DNA of 64,000 bases. It comes from Candidatus Krumholzibacteriia bacterium (GTDB lineage: Bacteria > Krumholzibacteriota > Krumholzibacteriia > JAJRXK01). How positions within the stretch are numbered: the first letter of the stretch is position 1; each line of letters begins with the position of its first letter. The stretch is from positions 832,001 through 896,000 of the forward strand of contig JBGPIA010000001.1 of assembly GCA_041484665.1 (NCBI GenBank). Direction: 5' to 3'. The position numbers and the translations under genes are program-made. The notes below the pieces were generated by a model. The model was not told where the DNA came from. It worked only from the letters and a program-made list of their open reading frames with translations, and searched no databases. This document shows, in pieces, positions 17,355 to 27,584 of this stretch.

Positions 17355-18242
17355 CTACTGTAACTGGTCGGCCTTGTTCCTGGTCTGTTTCGCGTTCTTG
17401 GTCTTGGTCCGGTTGCGGTTCTCGCTCTTGTGCCCGGTCTTGCTCTTGATCTTGCTCCTGCTCTTGTCGCGATCCTGGCCCGAGCGCCCCTTCCCACCAC
17501 CATTCTCGCCGAAGGGCAGGTGCTGGAAGGGATCGTGCTGCAGCTCGCGGCCGAGGCCATCCACGAGCGTGCGCAGGATCTTGACCCGAGCATACCACTT
17601 GGCGTTGGCCTCCACGATCGTCCAGGGAGCGGTCGCGGTGCTGGTCTTCAGGAGCATCTCGTCCACGGCCGCATAGTACGCGTCCCACCTGCCGCGATTG
17701 CGCCAGTCCTCGTCGGTGAGCTTCCAGCTCTTCAGTTTGTCGTCGGACCGCGCCTCGAAGCGGTGCAGCTGCTCCTCCTTGCCGACGTGCAGCCAGAACT
17801 TGAAGAGGATCGTCCCGAACTCGACGAGCTGGCGCTCGAAGTCGTTGATCTCGCGGTAGGCGCGCTTCCAGGCCTCCTCCGTGCAGAAGCCCTCGACGCG
17901 CTCCACCATCACGCGCCCGTACCAGCTGCGGTCGAAGATCGCGATCTGTCCGGCCTCGGGGATCCGCCGCCAGAAGCGCCAAAGATAATGGTGCGTCGCG
18001 TCGTCACCTTTCGGCGCGGCGATGGGATGCACCACGTAGCCGCGCGGATCGAGTTGGCGAGTCACGCGCTTGATGGCGCCCCCCTTGCCCGCCGCGTCCC
18101 AGCCCTCGAACACGATCGCCACCGGGCGCTTGCGTACGAACACCTGGCGCCCCAGCACGTCGAGGGCGGCTTGGTAGCGCACGAGCTCGCGCTCGTACTC
18201 GTCCTTGTTCATCGAGAGCGTCAGCTCGACCTTGTCCAACAT
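17355..18242 (-). CDS. Polyphosphate kinase 2 family protein (PAP C-terminal-domain-like) with Lys/Arg-rich tail
   Basis: FEGWDAAGKGG (Walker A), FDRSWYGRVMVERVEG, WKLTDEDWRNR. Confidence 0.92.
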   Translation of the reverse strand: MLDKVELTLSMNKDEYERELVRYQAALDVLGRQVFVRKRPVAIVFEGWDAAGKGGAIKRVTRQLDPRGYVVHPIAAPKGDDATHHYLWRFWRRIPEAGQIAIFDRSWYGRVMVERVEGFCTEEAWKRAYREINDFERQLVEFGTILFKFWLHVGKEEQLHRFEARSDDKLKSWKLTDEDWRNRGRWDAYYAAVDEMLLKTSTATAPWTIVEANAKWYARVKILRTLVDGLGRELQHDPFQHLPFGENGGGKGRSGQDRDKSRSKIKSKTGHKSENRNRTKTKNAKQTRNKADQLQ

Positions 18243-18272
18243 GGCGTTACCTTGGGTGCGCGGGGAGCGCTG

Positions 18273-19094
18273 TCAGATCGTGCCCGTCGACGGCGACGGC
18301 GGCGCGCCCGCCGGCGACCCAACGGCGGTCGCGGGCGACGGCCCCGCGGCCGCGGTCGTGGCGCCGGTGGATGTCCGGGCGGGCAGCTTCGCCAGCCGCT
18401 CCTCGATCGCCGCCAGGATCGTCTCGAGGACCGTCGCGCGGGCGAAGTGCCGGTCGGTAGCCTCGACGATCGTCCAGGGGCCCCACTCCGTGGTCGTGCG
18501 CTCCAGCATCTCCTCGACTGCGCGGGCGTACTGGTCGTACTGCGCGTGGTGCTCCCAGTCCTCGGGGGCCACGTGCCAGGCCGTCAGGGGGTCCTTGCTG
18601 AGTCGCTTGAAACGGCGCTTCTGCTCTTTTTTTGTGATGTGGAGCCAGAACTTGAGGATGGCGTAGCCCTCGTCGGCCAGCGTCCGCTCGAAATCCACGA
18701 TGTCCCGGTAGGCGCGCCGCCAGAGCTTGGGCGGGGCGAGCTCCTCCACGCGCTCGACGAGGACGCGCCCGTACCAGGAGCGGTCGAAAATGGCCCAGTG
18801 TCCGCGCCCGGGCAGCCGCAGCCAGAAGCGCCACAGCCAGGGGCGACGCTTCTCCTCGCCGCGGGCTTCGCGGATCGGGTGGATGGTGAACCCGCGCGGG
18901 TCCATCAGCGAGCTCAGCAGGCGGATGGTCGTGCCCTTCCCCGCTGCGTCCCACCCCTCGAAGACGATCACCACCGGGATTCCAGCCTCCCACGAGGCCT
19001 TCTGGGCGGCGTAGAGCCGCTCGCCCAGCGCGGGAAGGATCCGGTCGTACTCCGCCTTCGCCAGCTGCTTGTCCAGATCGACCTGCTCGAGCAT
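18273..19094 (-). CDS. Polyphosphate kinase 2 family protein (PAP N-terminal-domain-like)
   Basis: FEGWDAAGKG, LMDPRG, PWLWRFW, FDRSWYGRV, KFWLHI. Start at ATG 19094. Confidence 0.92.
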   Translation of the reverse strand: MLEQVDLDKQLAKAEYDRILPALGERLYAAQKASWEAGIPVVIVFEGWDAAGKGTTIRLLSSLMDPRGFTIHPIREARGEEKRRPWLWRFWLRLPGRGHWAIFDRSWYGRVLVERVEELAPPKLWRRAYRDIVDFERTLADEGYAILKFWLHITKKEQKRRFKRLSKDPLTAWHVAPEDWEHHAQYDQYARAVEEMLERTTTEWGPWTIVEATDRHFARATVLETILAAIEERLAKLPARTSTGATTAAAGPSPATAVGSPAGAPPSPSTGTI

Positions 19095-19134
19095 GACGGC
19101 CTGCCTGCGGCGGAGAGTCCGGGGCACCGTGGCA

Positions 19135-19156
19135 GGGAGCGCCGGCCGGCGCTCCC
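19135..19156. repeat. Perfect 22-bp palindrome upstream of the ppk2-ppk2-ppk1 operon
   Basis: GGGAGCGCCGGCCGGCGCTCCC. Confidence 0.6.
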
Positions 19157-19246
19157 GCGGGGTGGGCCAAGCAAGGTTCGAACCGCCTGTGGCCGTCGCG
19201 GACCGGCGAGGCGCGGCGGCGCATGGAATCTACGCTCTGCTGTCAC

Positions 19247-19488
19247 TCAGGCGAGCTGACGGTGCTCGATCAGCTCTGCATGGCGCCGGGAGGCCCGGCC
19301 CGTGACGAGGCCAAGCGGACGAGGTGCCAGGCGCACGCACGCGACCACGAGGTCGTCGATTGCGATCCCGCCGTGCTCGCTTGCGTCGCGAATGTGGAGC
19401 TGGGGAGCGCGGCGGTGGTCGTAGACCACGCAGAACATCCTGATCACGACAGGATCACGATCGCGAAAAATCGGCAGATTTCCGGCAT
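19247..19488 (-). pseudogene. Frameshifted DUF4160-family gene
   Basis: MPEICRFFAIVI in one frame and RMFCVVYDHRRAPQLH...LAPRPLGLV...HAELIEHRQLA in another. Removing 19442-19452 (11 bp) restores a DUF4160-like ORF. Confidence 0.7.
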
Positions 19489-19739
19489 TTGGGACCCTCC
19501 AGGGAGGCTGTCGCCTCGAAGGCGAAAGGATACGCCGCCGTGGAAACGCCGGCAACCGGGCGACCTCCGCCTGGGCAACCTCCGCCGCGCGGCTCCCCGC
19601 TGCCGCGCACCCGCGGAACCGGGGTGACGGGCTCCCTTGCCTTGGGTTACCCTGGACCCGTTTCTTGCGCGCCGGAGGCCGCTGGCTCTCCCTCCAGCCC
19701 CCGGCCCAGAGCTCCCCAGCCCTCCCAGAAGAGAGCCCA

Positions 19740-22541
19740 ATGATGCACTCACGATTCTTTGGACTGGCCGCGCTTGCGCTCGTTGCGCTGGGCGGCACCT
19801 CCCTCTGCTTCGCAGCCGAGCCCCGCATGATGACCTCCCTCGAGGGGATCAACGAGTACGTGCTGGACAACGGCCTGCAGGTGCTGTTGTACCCGGATGA
19901 CTCCAAGCCCACGGTCACCGTGAACGCGACGTACCTGGTCGGATCGCGGCACGAGGGCTACGGCGAGACCGGGATGGCTCACCTGCTCGAGCACATGCTG
20001 TTCAAGGGGACGCCCAAGCATTCGCAGATCTGGAAGGAGCTCCAGGAACACGGCGCCCAGTTCAACGGCTCGACCTGGTTCGACCGGACGAACTATTTCG
20101 AGACGATGCCCGCGACCCCGGAGAATCTCGAGTTCGGCCTCAATCTGGAGGCCGATCGCATGGTCAACAGTTTCGTGGCGAAGAAGGACCTCGACTCCGA
20201 GTTCTCGGTGGTGCGCAACGAGTTCGAGATCGGAGAGAACAGGCCCACCGACGTCCTCTCCGAGCGAGTGATGTCCACGGCCTATCTGTGGCACAACTAC
20301 GGCAAGTCGACCATCGGCTCGCGCGAGGACATCGAGCGGGTTCCGATCGAGCGGCTCCAGGCCTTCTACAAGAAATTCTACCAGCCTGACAACTGCGTGC
20401 TGATCGTGGCCGGGAAGTTCGACCCGAAGCAGACGCTTGCGCAAGTCAACACGGTCTTTGGTGCGACGCCGCGGCCCACGCGCACGCTCGAACCGACCTA
20501 CACCTGGGAGCCGACCCAGGACGGCGAGCGGGAAGTGACACTGCGCCGCGTCGGCGACACCCAGGCGCTCGACGTCGTCTACCATGTCTGCGCCGGAGCC
20601 CACGCGGACTTCGCCCCGGTCCAGGTGCTGGCGGACATCCTGGCCACTGAGCAGACGGGCCGCCTCTACAAGGCCCTGGTAGAGCCAGGGCTGGCGACGC
20701 GCGTATCAGCCCACAGCCAGGCCCTCCACGACCCGGGAGTGATCGAGATCGAGGTCGAGGCTCGTCTCGATCAATCGGCTCCCGAGATCCGCCATCGCCT
20801 GGCGGAGGTGCTCGACAACCTCGGCCATGAGACGTTCACGCAAGAGGAGGTGGACCGGGCGAAAAACGCCTCCTCCAAGAACTTCAACACGCTCATCAAC
20901 GACAGCAATCGCATTGGCGTCTCGCTGAGCGAATCGGCGGCGATGGGCGACTGGCGGCTCTTGTTCTGGAACCGGGATCGCATTGCGCAGGTCACGCCGG
21001 CGGACGTGCAACGGGTCGCTGCGCGCTATCTCAAGCCCAGCAACCGGACGATCGGAACGTTCATCCCCGACAAGACGCCTGACCGCTCCGAGATCCCGCC
21101 CACGCCGGACGTCGCGACGCTCCTGAAGGATTACCACGGAGGCGCCGAGGTGGCGAAGGGGGCCGCGTTCGAGGCGACCTACGCGGGCATCGAGGCGCAC
21201 ACGCAGCGCTCGAAGCTGCCCTTCGGAATGAAGCTGGCGCTCGTCCCGAAGGAGACCCGCAACAACCACGTCAATGTCGTCCTGAACCTCCGCTACGGTT
21301 CGGAGAAGGATCTCACGGGCAAGACGGAGGCGGCAGCATTCGTCCCCACGATGCTGATGCGCGGGACGACCAAGCATACCCGCCGCGAGATCCAGGACGC
21401 CTTCGATGCGCTCAAGGCGCAAGTGCGCTTCGGCGGCTTCGGGGGCGCCGGCCGCGGGCGGATGATGGGCATGGGCAACGGCCTGGGAACCCCCGGGGTC
21501 ATCGACGTGTCGATCGAGTGCAGCCGGGAGACGCTCGCGAAGGTGCTCGACCTGGTCGCGGAGGTGCTGCGCCAGCCGGCGTTCCCGGCGGACGAGTTCG
21601 AGACGCTGAAGAAAGAGACGCTTGCCGGAATCGAGCAGCAGATCTCCGAGCCGATGCCTCTGGTGATGGTCGAGGTGCAGCGTCGATTGAATCCCTATCC
21701 CGCGACCGACGTCCGCTACGTTGCGAAGCTGCCCGAGCAGGCCGAGCGGATCAAGGCCGTGACGCTGGACCAGGTGAAGGCGGTCTACGCGAGCCTCGTG
21801 GGAGCCAGCTTCTCTGAGGCGGCCGCGGTCGGCGACTTCGATGCCAGCCAATTCACTGCCTCGCTCACACAGCACTTCAGCGACTGGAAGAGCCCCAAGC
21901 CGTTCGAGCGGATCGTGAGGCCCTACAAGGCCACGGCGGCGGACTCGCTGGTCATCGACACGCCCGACAAGGCGAACTCGTTGTTCGCCATGGGAATGGC
22001 ACTGGAGATCCGCGACGATGATCCGGACTACCCGGCACTGTTCATGGCCAACTACATCCTGGGGGGCAGCGCCAGCTCGCGCTTCCTCAATCGCATCCGG
22101 CAGAAGGAAGGGCTCTCCTATACGTGCGGCACGGGGGTCCAGGCCGGCGCGCAGGATCGCAACGGCACGTTTATGGGCTTCGGCATGTGCGCCCCGCAGA
22201 ACGCCGAGAAAGCGCTGGCGTGTGGTCGCGAGGAGCTTTCGAAGCTGCTGCGGGAAGGAGTCGCTGGCCCGGAGCTGGACGATGCCAAAAAGGGCTATGC
22301 GCAACAGGTGGAGGTCCAGCTTGCCAACGATTCCATGGTGGCGATGCAGCTCGCGCAGGGCCTCTTCCTTGATCGCACGCTGAAGTTCAACGACGACCAG
22401 CAGAAGAAGATCGAGGCGCTCAAGGCGCAGGACGTCCCGGCGACCCTCGGCAAGTACGTGAAGCCCCAGAAGCTCGTGCTCATCCGCGCGGGCGACTTCT
22501 CCAAAAAGGCCGCCCCGCCGCAGCAGGCGACGGGCGGGTGA
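19740..22541 (+). CDS. M16 (pitrilysin/PqqL-like) zinc protease, secreted
   Basis: Signal peptide; GSRHE, inverted Zn motif HLLEH, NGSTWFDRTNY, VVRNE, RIRQKEGLSY. Confidence 0.94.
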   Translation: MMHSRFFGLAALALVALGGTSLCFAAEPRMMTSLEGINEYVLDNGLQVLLYPDDSKPTVTVNATYLVGSRHEGYGETGMAHLLEHMLFKGTPKHSQIWKELQEHGAQFNGSTWFDRTNYFETMPATPENLEFGLNLEADRMVNSFVAKKDLDSEFSVVRNEFEIGENRPTDVLSERVMSTAYLWHNYGKSTIGSREDIERVPIERLQAFYKKFYQPDNCVLIVAGKFDPKQTLAQVNTVFGATPRPTRTLEPTYTWEPTQDGEREVTLRRVGDTQALDVVYHVCAGAHADFAPVQVLADILATEQTGRLYKALVEPGLATRVSAHSQALHDPGVIEIEVEARLDQSAPEIRHRLAEVLDNLGHETFTQEEVDRAKNASSKNFNTLINDSNRIGVSLSESAAMGDWRLLFWNRDRIAQVTPADVQRVAARYLKPSNRTIGTFIPDKTPDRSEIPPTPDVATLLKDYHGGAEVAKGAAFEATYAGIEAHTQRSKLPFGMKLALVPKETRNNHVNVVLNLRYGSEKDLTGKTEAAAFVPTMLMRGTTKHTRREIQDAFDALKAQVRFGGFGGAGRGRMMGMGNGLGTPGVIDVSIECSRETLAKVLDLVAEVLRQPAFPADEFETLKKETLAGIEQQISEPMPLVMVEVQRRLNPYPATDVRYVAKLPEQAERIKAVTLDQVKAVYASLVGASFSEAAAVGDFDASQFTASLTQHFSDWKSPKPFERIVRPYKATAADSLVIDTPDKANSLFAMGMALEIRDDDPDYPALFMANYILGGSASSRFLNRIRQKEGLSYTCGTGVQAGAQDRNGTFMGFGMCAPQNAEKALACGREELSKLLREGVAGPELDDAKKGYAQQVEVQLANDSMVAMQLAQGLFLDRTLKFNDDQQKKIEALKAQDVPATLGKYVKPQKLVLIRAGDFSKKAAPPQQATGG

Positions 22542-22662
22542 TCCGCAGCGGATGACTGCCGGTGGACGAGTCTGGGCGTTTCTGTCTCGGCGTACGCGCC
22601 AGGCCGCAACAGGCCCGGCCTGGAGTCGGCGACGGCGATTGCGCCACCCGTGATCGAGCCGT

Positions 22663-22995
22663 TCAACTGCGGGCGCGGCGCGGAACAACCCGCGCCGCGT
22701 CCCCGGGCTGCGGCAAGCGCGGCTCCACGGTCACAGCCACCGTGGCGCCGATCCAGGCCTTTGCCGCCGCCTGGAGCTTTGCATCGACCGGCATCCAGAA
22801 GCGTCCCGAGCGCGCAACGATGAAGCTCTCGAACGGCACCCCGTTCAAGCGGCCCCGGACCGCGTGGCCCCGCCGGCCACGCCACAGCGCGCGAGCAGGG
22901 ATTCCCCAGCGCTTCGACGGATCGAAGGGCGCCTCGACGGCCGCTCCCTTGTGACCGTCCAAGATCACACCCTTGAATTGCGTCGTCTTCATCAT
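22663..22995 (-). CDS. DUF1905 domain-containing protein
   Basis: AVEAPFDP...VRGRLNGVPFESFI...GATVAVTVE. Confidence 0.75.
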   Translation of the reverse strand: MMKTTQFKGVILDGHKGAAVEAPFDPSKRWGIPARALWRGRRGHAVRGRLNGVPFESFIVARSGRFWMPVDAKLQAAAKAWIGATVAVTVEPRLPQPGDAARVVPRRARS

Positions 22996-23063
22996 TCGTC
23001 CTTGCGATCATTCTACCGCGCTGCCACGGTCGCTCGCTCGCGCGCTGGACCCGTCCGCGGCGA

Positions 23064-24275
23064 TCATCGACCGAGTCCCCTGCCCGTCACCAAGTACACT
23101 GCGAAGCTCCCGAGCCAGTGGCCTCCCTCGTAGTGCTCGCCGGTCACGGCTTCCAGACCGGTGCGGCGGTGCGCCTGCGCTGCGGCTCGGATCGCCGCGA
23201 GGCGCGGATCGCCCGCGGGCAGCCCGCTGGCGATCCCCTCGAGCATCCACGCGCGGCTCAGGTTCAGGCCATCCAGGTGCGCGAGCTTGGGATCGGCGCG
23301 ATCGGTGACCTCGGCCACCGGTAGCCACCCTACCGAGCCGTCCTCCGCAATGCCAGGAAGGAAGCCGTGGAGCCAGACCGCGAACTCGTTGGGCGCAAGG
23401 ACGCGCCGCATCAGGTCGGCCTCGCCCAGGCAAGGCGAGAGGAAGTCCTGCCCCGAAGGCTCGAAGCTCAGATTGCAGCCGCAATCGTGCAGGTGGAACG
23501 CGCGCGCTTTCGCGACGACGAGCGTGGCGAGTGACTCCGCCGGCGCCGCGCCCGCGGCGCCGGCGCCACCGGTGGTGCCCGCCGCGCGGGCGCCGAGAAC
23601 GGTCCGGGTCCAATCGAGAACCAGCCCCAGTGAGAACGCCGTCTGGTCGTGCTCGCCGATACGGATCGGGTAGCGCAGCTTCGGCAGCCACACGATGAAG
23701 CGTGCTGCGGCCTCCGCCTCGAGCGGCTCGAGCGCGGCTGCCCAGCGTCGCGCGACAGGGTCATCCCACTCGTGCAGCTCGGCGCAGAGCTGCAACAGCC
23801 ACGCGAGCCCGTAGGGTCGCTCGAACGAAGCGCGCCCCGACCCGTGCAGGTAGGCGACCTCGCGGGCGATCTTCTCGGGGGTCAGGCTCTTGTCGAGCGC
23901 TGCGCGCGCCTGCGCGGCAAACGGTGCGTCTGGAAACGAGCGTACGATCCGTACCAGCAGCCAGTGTCCGTGCACCGAGGAGTGCCAGTCGTAGCAGCCG
24001 CAGAATGCGGGCGTGAGCTCCCGCGGCGGCGCCAGGTCGGCGTCGCTCTGCATGACGTGCGCGATCTTGTTGGGGTACTCGCGCCCGACGCAGTCGAGCG
24101 CGAGTCGGGCGAAGCGCTCGACGGCGGCGGGATCGAGCGCCGGAGCAGTCCCGGCGGCTTTGGCCGTGGTGGACCCAGCCGACAAGGAGAGGGCAGCGCA
24201 GACCAAGACAGCGAAGGAAAAGGCAGCCCGCGAGATCGCCGCAGCGAGCCAAGCCGTACGGACTCTCACGCTCAT
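23064..24275 (-). CDS. DUF2891 domain-containing secreted protein
   Basis: REYPNK, PAFCGCYDWHSSVHGHW, SFERPYGLAW, HLDGLNLSRAW, YEGGHWLGSFA; signal peptide. Confidence 0.88.
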   Translation of the reverse strand: MSVRVRTAWLAAAISRAAFSFAVLVCAALSLSAGSTTAKAAGTAPALDPAAVERFARLALDCVGREYPNKIAHVMQSDADLAPPRELTPAFCGCYDWHSSVHGHWLLVRIVRSFPDAPFAAQARAALDKSLTPEKIAREVAYLHGSGRASFERPYGLAWLLQLCAELHEWDDPVARRWAAALEPLEAEAAARFIVWLPKLRYPIRIGEHDQTAFSLGLVLDWTRTVLGARAAGTTGGAGAAGAAPAESLATLVVAKARAFHLHDCGCNLSFEPSGQDFLSPCLGEADLMRRVLAPNEFAVWLHGFLPGIAEDGSVGWLPVAEVTDRADPKLAHLDGLNLSRAWMLEGIASGLPAGDPRLAAIRAAAQAHRRTGLEAVTGEHYEGGHWLGSFAVYLVTGRGLGR

Positions 24276-24589
24276 CCTCCCGGTGTTTCGAATCGGTGCC
24301 CCACGCCTGGTGATCCAAGATCAGCGCACGCCGGCCAAAGGGAGACGATCTCGCCTTTGCCACCGGCCACGCCTTGGGCCAGCTGCATCAGGAGACTCTA
24401 CCGCGGCGTGGCCGCCTTGGGAAACCGCAGAGGGGCACGGCCGGGTGATCTCCCTTGGGCACCGCAGCGGCGGACGGCGAGCGGGCATCGCAGCACATCA
24501 GATCACATTTTCGGTGGATACGCGGCGCTTCCCCATGGGCGTATGGTGGTTCGGTCGCGCACCCGACCTGCGCACGAGGAGATAACGAG

Positions 24590-25171
24590 ATGAAGATCCC
24601 CCGGAACCAGATGCTGGCCGTGGCCGTGGCCCTGGGCCTTTGGACTCCGTTCTTCATCGGCTGCGAGGAGAGCGCTACGAGCCCGAAGCAGGCGGGTGGA
24701 AAGCTGCTGGGAGAATTCTCGCTGGTCGTCGCCGGCACGGGCGAGGAGCTGCCCGCCAGCACGTGGGAGGGGAAACTGCTCGTCCTGGTGTTCGAGCGGC
24801 CCACCTGCATCCACTGCGTGCGAGCTGCACCCTCCCTGCAGGACACGATCTGTTGCCTCTACGAGTCCCGCGGCGTGCAGCTCGTCGCCGTGTGCACCAG
24901 TACGGGGATCTCCGATAGCACGCTCGTGGATTTCGCCCGGCGCAATGGCTGGACGTTTCCGACGTGCAGGGCCAACGCGCCCTTGATGGCGCACATCGGG
25001 GTCCAGTTCGTGCCGTTCGTCGCCTTGCTGGATCGCGACGGAGTGCTGGTCTACAAAGACAGCTACGACAGCAACCTCATCCACGACAGCGACGTGAGCG
25101 CGCTGCGGCGCAAGCTCGATGAGTTGCTGGCGCCCCACCCGCTCCTCGCGCCGGCGGGGACAAGCGGTTGA
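24590..25171 (+). CDS. Thioredoxin-like (TlpA/redoxin) lipoprotein
   Basis: Lipobox-like FIGC; GKLLVLVF...TCIHC (CxxC); VPFVALLDRDG; GAGGAG upstream of ATG 24590. Confidence 0.78.
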   Translation: MKIPRNQMLAVAVALGLWTPFFIGCEESATSPKQAGGKLLGEFSLVVAGTGEELPASTWEGKLLVLVFERPTCIHCVRAAPSLQDTICCLYESRGVQLVAVCTSTGISDSTLVDFARRNGWTFPTCRANAPLMAHIGVQFVPFVALLDRDGVLVYKDSYDSNLIHDSDVSALRRKLDELLAPHPLLAPAGTSG

Positions 25172-25499
25172 CGAATGGAGGATTCCGTCTGCGCTGCGGT
25201 GCAGCCGCGTCGCTTCGACCCATGAGGGAGACGGGCGCCCCGCGGTGGCCCCGCCAGGCGTCCCCGCTCGGGACCGTCACCAACTGCCCCTCCACCACCA
25301 CTTCCTACCGCTTCGTATCTCTGCCGTCGCCAGCTCACACCCGCGCTCGCTGTCCCACTGCGCCAGCGCGATCGGCGCCGCGTAAGCCAAGGCAGGCAAC
25401 GGCGCCCTCTTGTGCTAGGGTCTGCCTGCTCGTACGACCGGACTCGCTCGGGCCGGTGAGTTGCAACCCACTGACTCGAGCCGACTGGAGGTGACCTCG

Positions 25500-26516
25500 A
25501 TGACCGAAGGCGGATTCGGACGACCCCACGATCCTCGCAGGATCGATCCCCGCAGCTTCAAGATTCCCGGCTTGGGCCAGGGCTGGCGCGTTCTGGCTCT
25601 GGCCGTCGTCGCGCTGGCGCTCCTGTTCTCGAGCTTCTACACCGTCGACCCCGAGCAGATCGGCGTCGTCCAGCGCTTTGGGCGCTACGTGCGCAGCTCC
25701 GACCCCGGGCTCCACCTGCGGCTGCCCCTGGGCATCGAGCGGGTCACGAAGGTCCCGGTGCAGCGGCAGCTCAAGGAGGAATTCGGGTTCCGTACCCTGC
25801 GCTCCGACATCCGCAGCCAGTTCACCACCCAGGGGCATGAGGGCGAGTCGAACATGCTGACCGGCGACCTCAACGCCGCGATGGTGGAGTGGGTCGTGCA
25901 GTACCGGATCGTGGATCCGTACAAGTACCTGTTCCGTGTGCGCGCAGTACAGAACACCTTCCGCGATATCTCCGAGGCGGTGATGCGCAAGGTGATCGGC
26001 GACCGAACCGTCAACGAGGTGCTGACCGTCGGGCGGTCGGAGGTCGCCACGCTGGCGGAGGCCGGGATCCGGCACCTGTGCGATCAGTACGAGACCGGCA
26101 TCAAGGTCGACCAGGTGGTGTTGCAGGACGTCAACCCGCCGGACCAGGTCAAGCCGTCCTTCAATGAGGTGAACCAGGCACAGCAGGAGCGCGAGAAGCT
26201 CATCAACGAGGCGCAGTCGGAATACAACAAGGTGATCCCGCGCGCGTCCGGAGAGGCCGAGCAGACGATCCAGCAAGCACAGGGCTACGCCCTCGATCGC
26301 GTCAACCGGTCCCGGGGTGACGCGACGCGCTTCCTGGCGGTCTACGAGGCGTACCGCCAGGCCCCCGACGTGACCCGCAAGCGCATCTACCTGGAAACGA
26401 TGGGACAGCTCCTGCCCAAGGTGCAGAGGAAGGTCATCGTGGACGACCAGCTGCGCAGCGTGCTGCCGCTGCTGAACCTCGAGCCCGCCAAGCGGGCGGC
26501 TGGAGGTGTGAAATGA
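25500..26516 (+). CDS. hflK: FtsH protease modulator HflK
   Basis: GVVQRFG, MLTGDLN, QDVNPPDQVKPSFNEV, IPRASGEA, APDVTRKRIYLETM. Confidence 0.93.
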   Translation: MTEGGFGRPHDPRRIDPRSFKIPGLGQGWRVLALAVVALALLFSSFYTVDPEQIGVVQRFGRYVRSSDPGLHLRLPLGIERVTKVPVQRQLKEEFGFRTLRSDIRSQFTTQGHEGESNMLTGDLNAAMVEWVVQYRIVDPYKYLFRVRAVQNTFRDISEAVMRKVIGDRTVNEVLTVGRSEVATLAEAGIRHLCDQYETGIKVDQVVLQDVNPPDQVKPSFNEVNQAQQEREKLINEAQSEYNKVIPRASGEAEQTIQQAQGYALDRVNRSRGDATRFLAVYEAYRQAPDVTRKRIYLETMGQLLPKVQRKVIVDDQLRSVLPLLNLEPAKRAAGGVK

Positions 26517-27454
26517 GGGCCATCATCGCCGTCTTCGCGGGCTTCCTCCTGCTGATCGGGCTGGCCAACACATTTTATTCCGTCAACGAGTACGAGCAGG
26601 TGATCCTTACGCAGTTCGGCCGTCCGGTCAGCCAGCCGGTGAATACGCCCGGGCTGAAGGCGCGCACCCCGTTCATCCAGAAGATCCACCGCTTCGAGAA
26701 GCGTTTCCTGGAATGGGACGGCGACGCCAACCAGCTGCCGACGAAGGACAAGCGCTTCATCTGGGTGGATGCCTATGCCCGCTGGCGCATCACCGATCCG
26801 CTGCTCTTCTTCCAGCGCTTGCGCGACGAGCGCGGCGCCCAGACTCGGCTCGACGACATCCTCGACGGCGAAACGCGCAACGCCATCGCCAACCATGACC
26901 TGGTCGAGGTCATCCGTAGTTCCAACCGCAAGCCCTTCAGTGAGGGGATCGACTCGCTCGACACGGGGGGAGTGCTGGACTCGATTCGGGTGGGCCGCGA
27001 CGCGATCCGCACCGAAATCCTGGCCAAAGCGCAGTCGCGCACCAGCGATCTGGGGATCGAGATCCTCGACGTGCAGTTCAAGCGCATCAACTACGTAACG
27101 GAGGTCCAGTCCAAGGTCTACGAGCGCATGATCTCGGAGCGCCGCCGCATAGCCGACCGTTTCCGCTCCCAGGGCGAGGGCGAGGCGTCGCGCATCCGCG
27201 GCGAGCGGGAGCGCGAGCTCAAGCGCATCCAATCGGAAGCGTACCGCACGGCGTTCGAGATCATGGGCAAGGCCGACGCGGAGGCGAGCCGGATCTACGC
27301 CGACGCCTTCAACCGCTCCGCGGAAACGCGCGATTTCTACGAGTTCATCAAGACCATGGAGACGTACCCGAGCGCGTTGGATTCGTCGAGCACGCTGGTG
27401 CTGTCCACCGAGGGGGACTTCTACAAATACCTGAAGGGGTCGGGCAAGCGCTGA
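26513..27454 (+). CDS. hflC: FtsH protease modulator HflC
   Basis: ILTQFG, TKDKRFIWVD, RMISERRRIA..FRSQG, GKADAEA; ATGA overlap with hflK. Confidence 0.93.
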   Translation: MRAIIAVFAGFLLLIGLANTFYSVNEYEQVILTQFGRPVSQPVNTPGLKARTPFIQKIHRFEKRFLEWDGDANQLPTKDKRFIWVDAYARWRITDPLLFFQRLRDERGAQTRLDDILDGETRNAIANHDLVEVIRSSNRKPFSEGIDSLDTGGVLDSIRVGRDAIRTEILAKAQSRTSDLGIEILDVQFKRINYVTEVQSKVYERMISERRRIADRFRSQGEGEASRIRGERERELKRIQSEAYRTAFEIMGKADAEASRIYADAFNRSAETRDFYEFIKTMETYPSALDSSSTLVLSTEGDFYKYLKGSGKR

Positions 27455-27584
27455 GCGCCGGGCTCGCAGACTTCTCGCCTTTGCGCGCAGAGCTCCGGCC
27501 GCTGCGCGACGCGACGCGTCGGCGATGCTGGTGCGCGCCGCGCCGCCGTGCCGGTGCGCAGGCGCGCAGGTTGCGGGCCCCGCC

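Noticed and set aside
15088..17982. 964-aa ppk1
   Set aside because: The first 212 aa overlap the PPK2 gene in another frame; start placed at 17346.
19165..19195. GGTTCGAACC, resembling a tRNA T-loop
   Set aside because: No cloverleaf, acceptor stem or D-arm could be formed.
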